Part shown: positions 63,544 through 64,000 of the stretch, one piece after another
Layout of the letters: every line of letters starts with the position of its first letter
How positions within the stretch are numbered: position 1 is the stretch's first letter
From: Eledone cirrhosa
Lineage: Eukaryota
DNA: 64,000 bases
NCBI GenBank assembly: GCA_964016885.1
Contig: OZ024751.1
Span: 35,774,001 to 35,838,000 of the forward strand
Direction: 5' to 3'
Position numbers and translations under genes: made by a program
The notes under the pieces: model-generated
What the model was told of the DNA's origin: nothing
Databases searched by the model: none
What the model saw: only the letters and a program-made list of their open reading frames with translations

Positions 63544-64000
63544 CAATTAATGGTAACACCACTGTCTCATGGCCTTTGCAAAAGATAAGATGGATGCTGT
63601 TTCATGATTGCAGTGAATAGAGTTCCAAATCTATTTATTACAAAAGGGGATCCGCTGAAAGATCCAATATATCTTGTGGTGGGTTCATTCTTGCCAATGG
63701 CCATCTTCATCCCGATTGCAGTAAATTGCGAAATTATTTGGAAATTATTTTCTAGAGAAATCATTTCCTTTAAATTCATTTCTGAAAAATGAAAACTTGC
63801 ATTATACTCCCCTCATTAGTCCCAGTATATTATCATTAAAATTTATGCCATGTGTACAAGGATCCAGTTTACGCCTCTTATGTTGACTATTTTACTACAA
63901 TTCAGTGAACAAGGTATCATTTTGATTTTTATTCAAGCTTGATTTCATTAAAAATGGAGGATTAAATGTTGTTTGTTTCATTTCCTTTCCATTTAATATT

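Overview
AT-rich eukaryotic non-coding DNA dominated by microsatellites ((TA)n, (CA)n, (TATG)n, (GA)n, (CCA)n and others). The repeat content resembles an Octopus-type cephalopod genome, which is an inference. No host protein-coding gene can be supported; almost every ORF in the track is translated microsatellite. Recognisable content: tRNA-derived SINEs (several with target-site duplications), decayed LINE fragments (RLE-type, RTE, CR1/L2), a pogo/Tigger-like MITE, minisatellites and a 2.1-kb 41-bp satellite. The most notable signal is that many short unique islands between (TA)n tracts are Penelope-like pseudo-LTR remnants carrying type I hammerhead ribozyme folds. There are about 8 unrelated sequence families. 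One has six copies in a palindrome-plus-tail layout and uses a U3-A8 variant core (UUGANAA) with a long stem II. Also seen: apparent enrichment of YY1-type (CGCCATnTT) and GCAGACGA motifs, and several insertions bounded by 20-32 bp direct repeats. All folds were made by eye; activity is untested.
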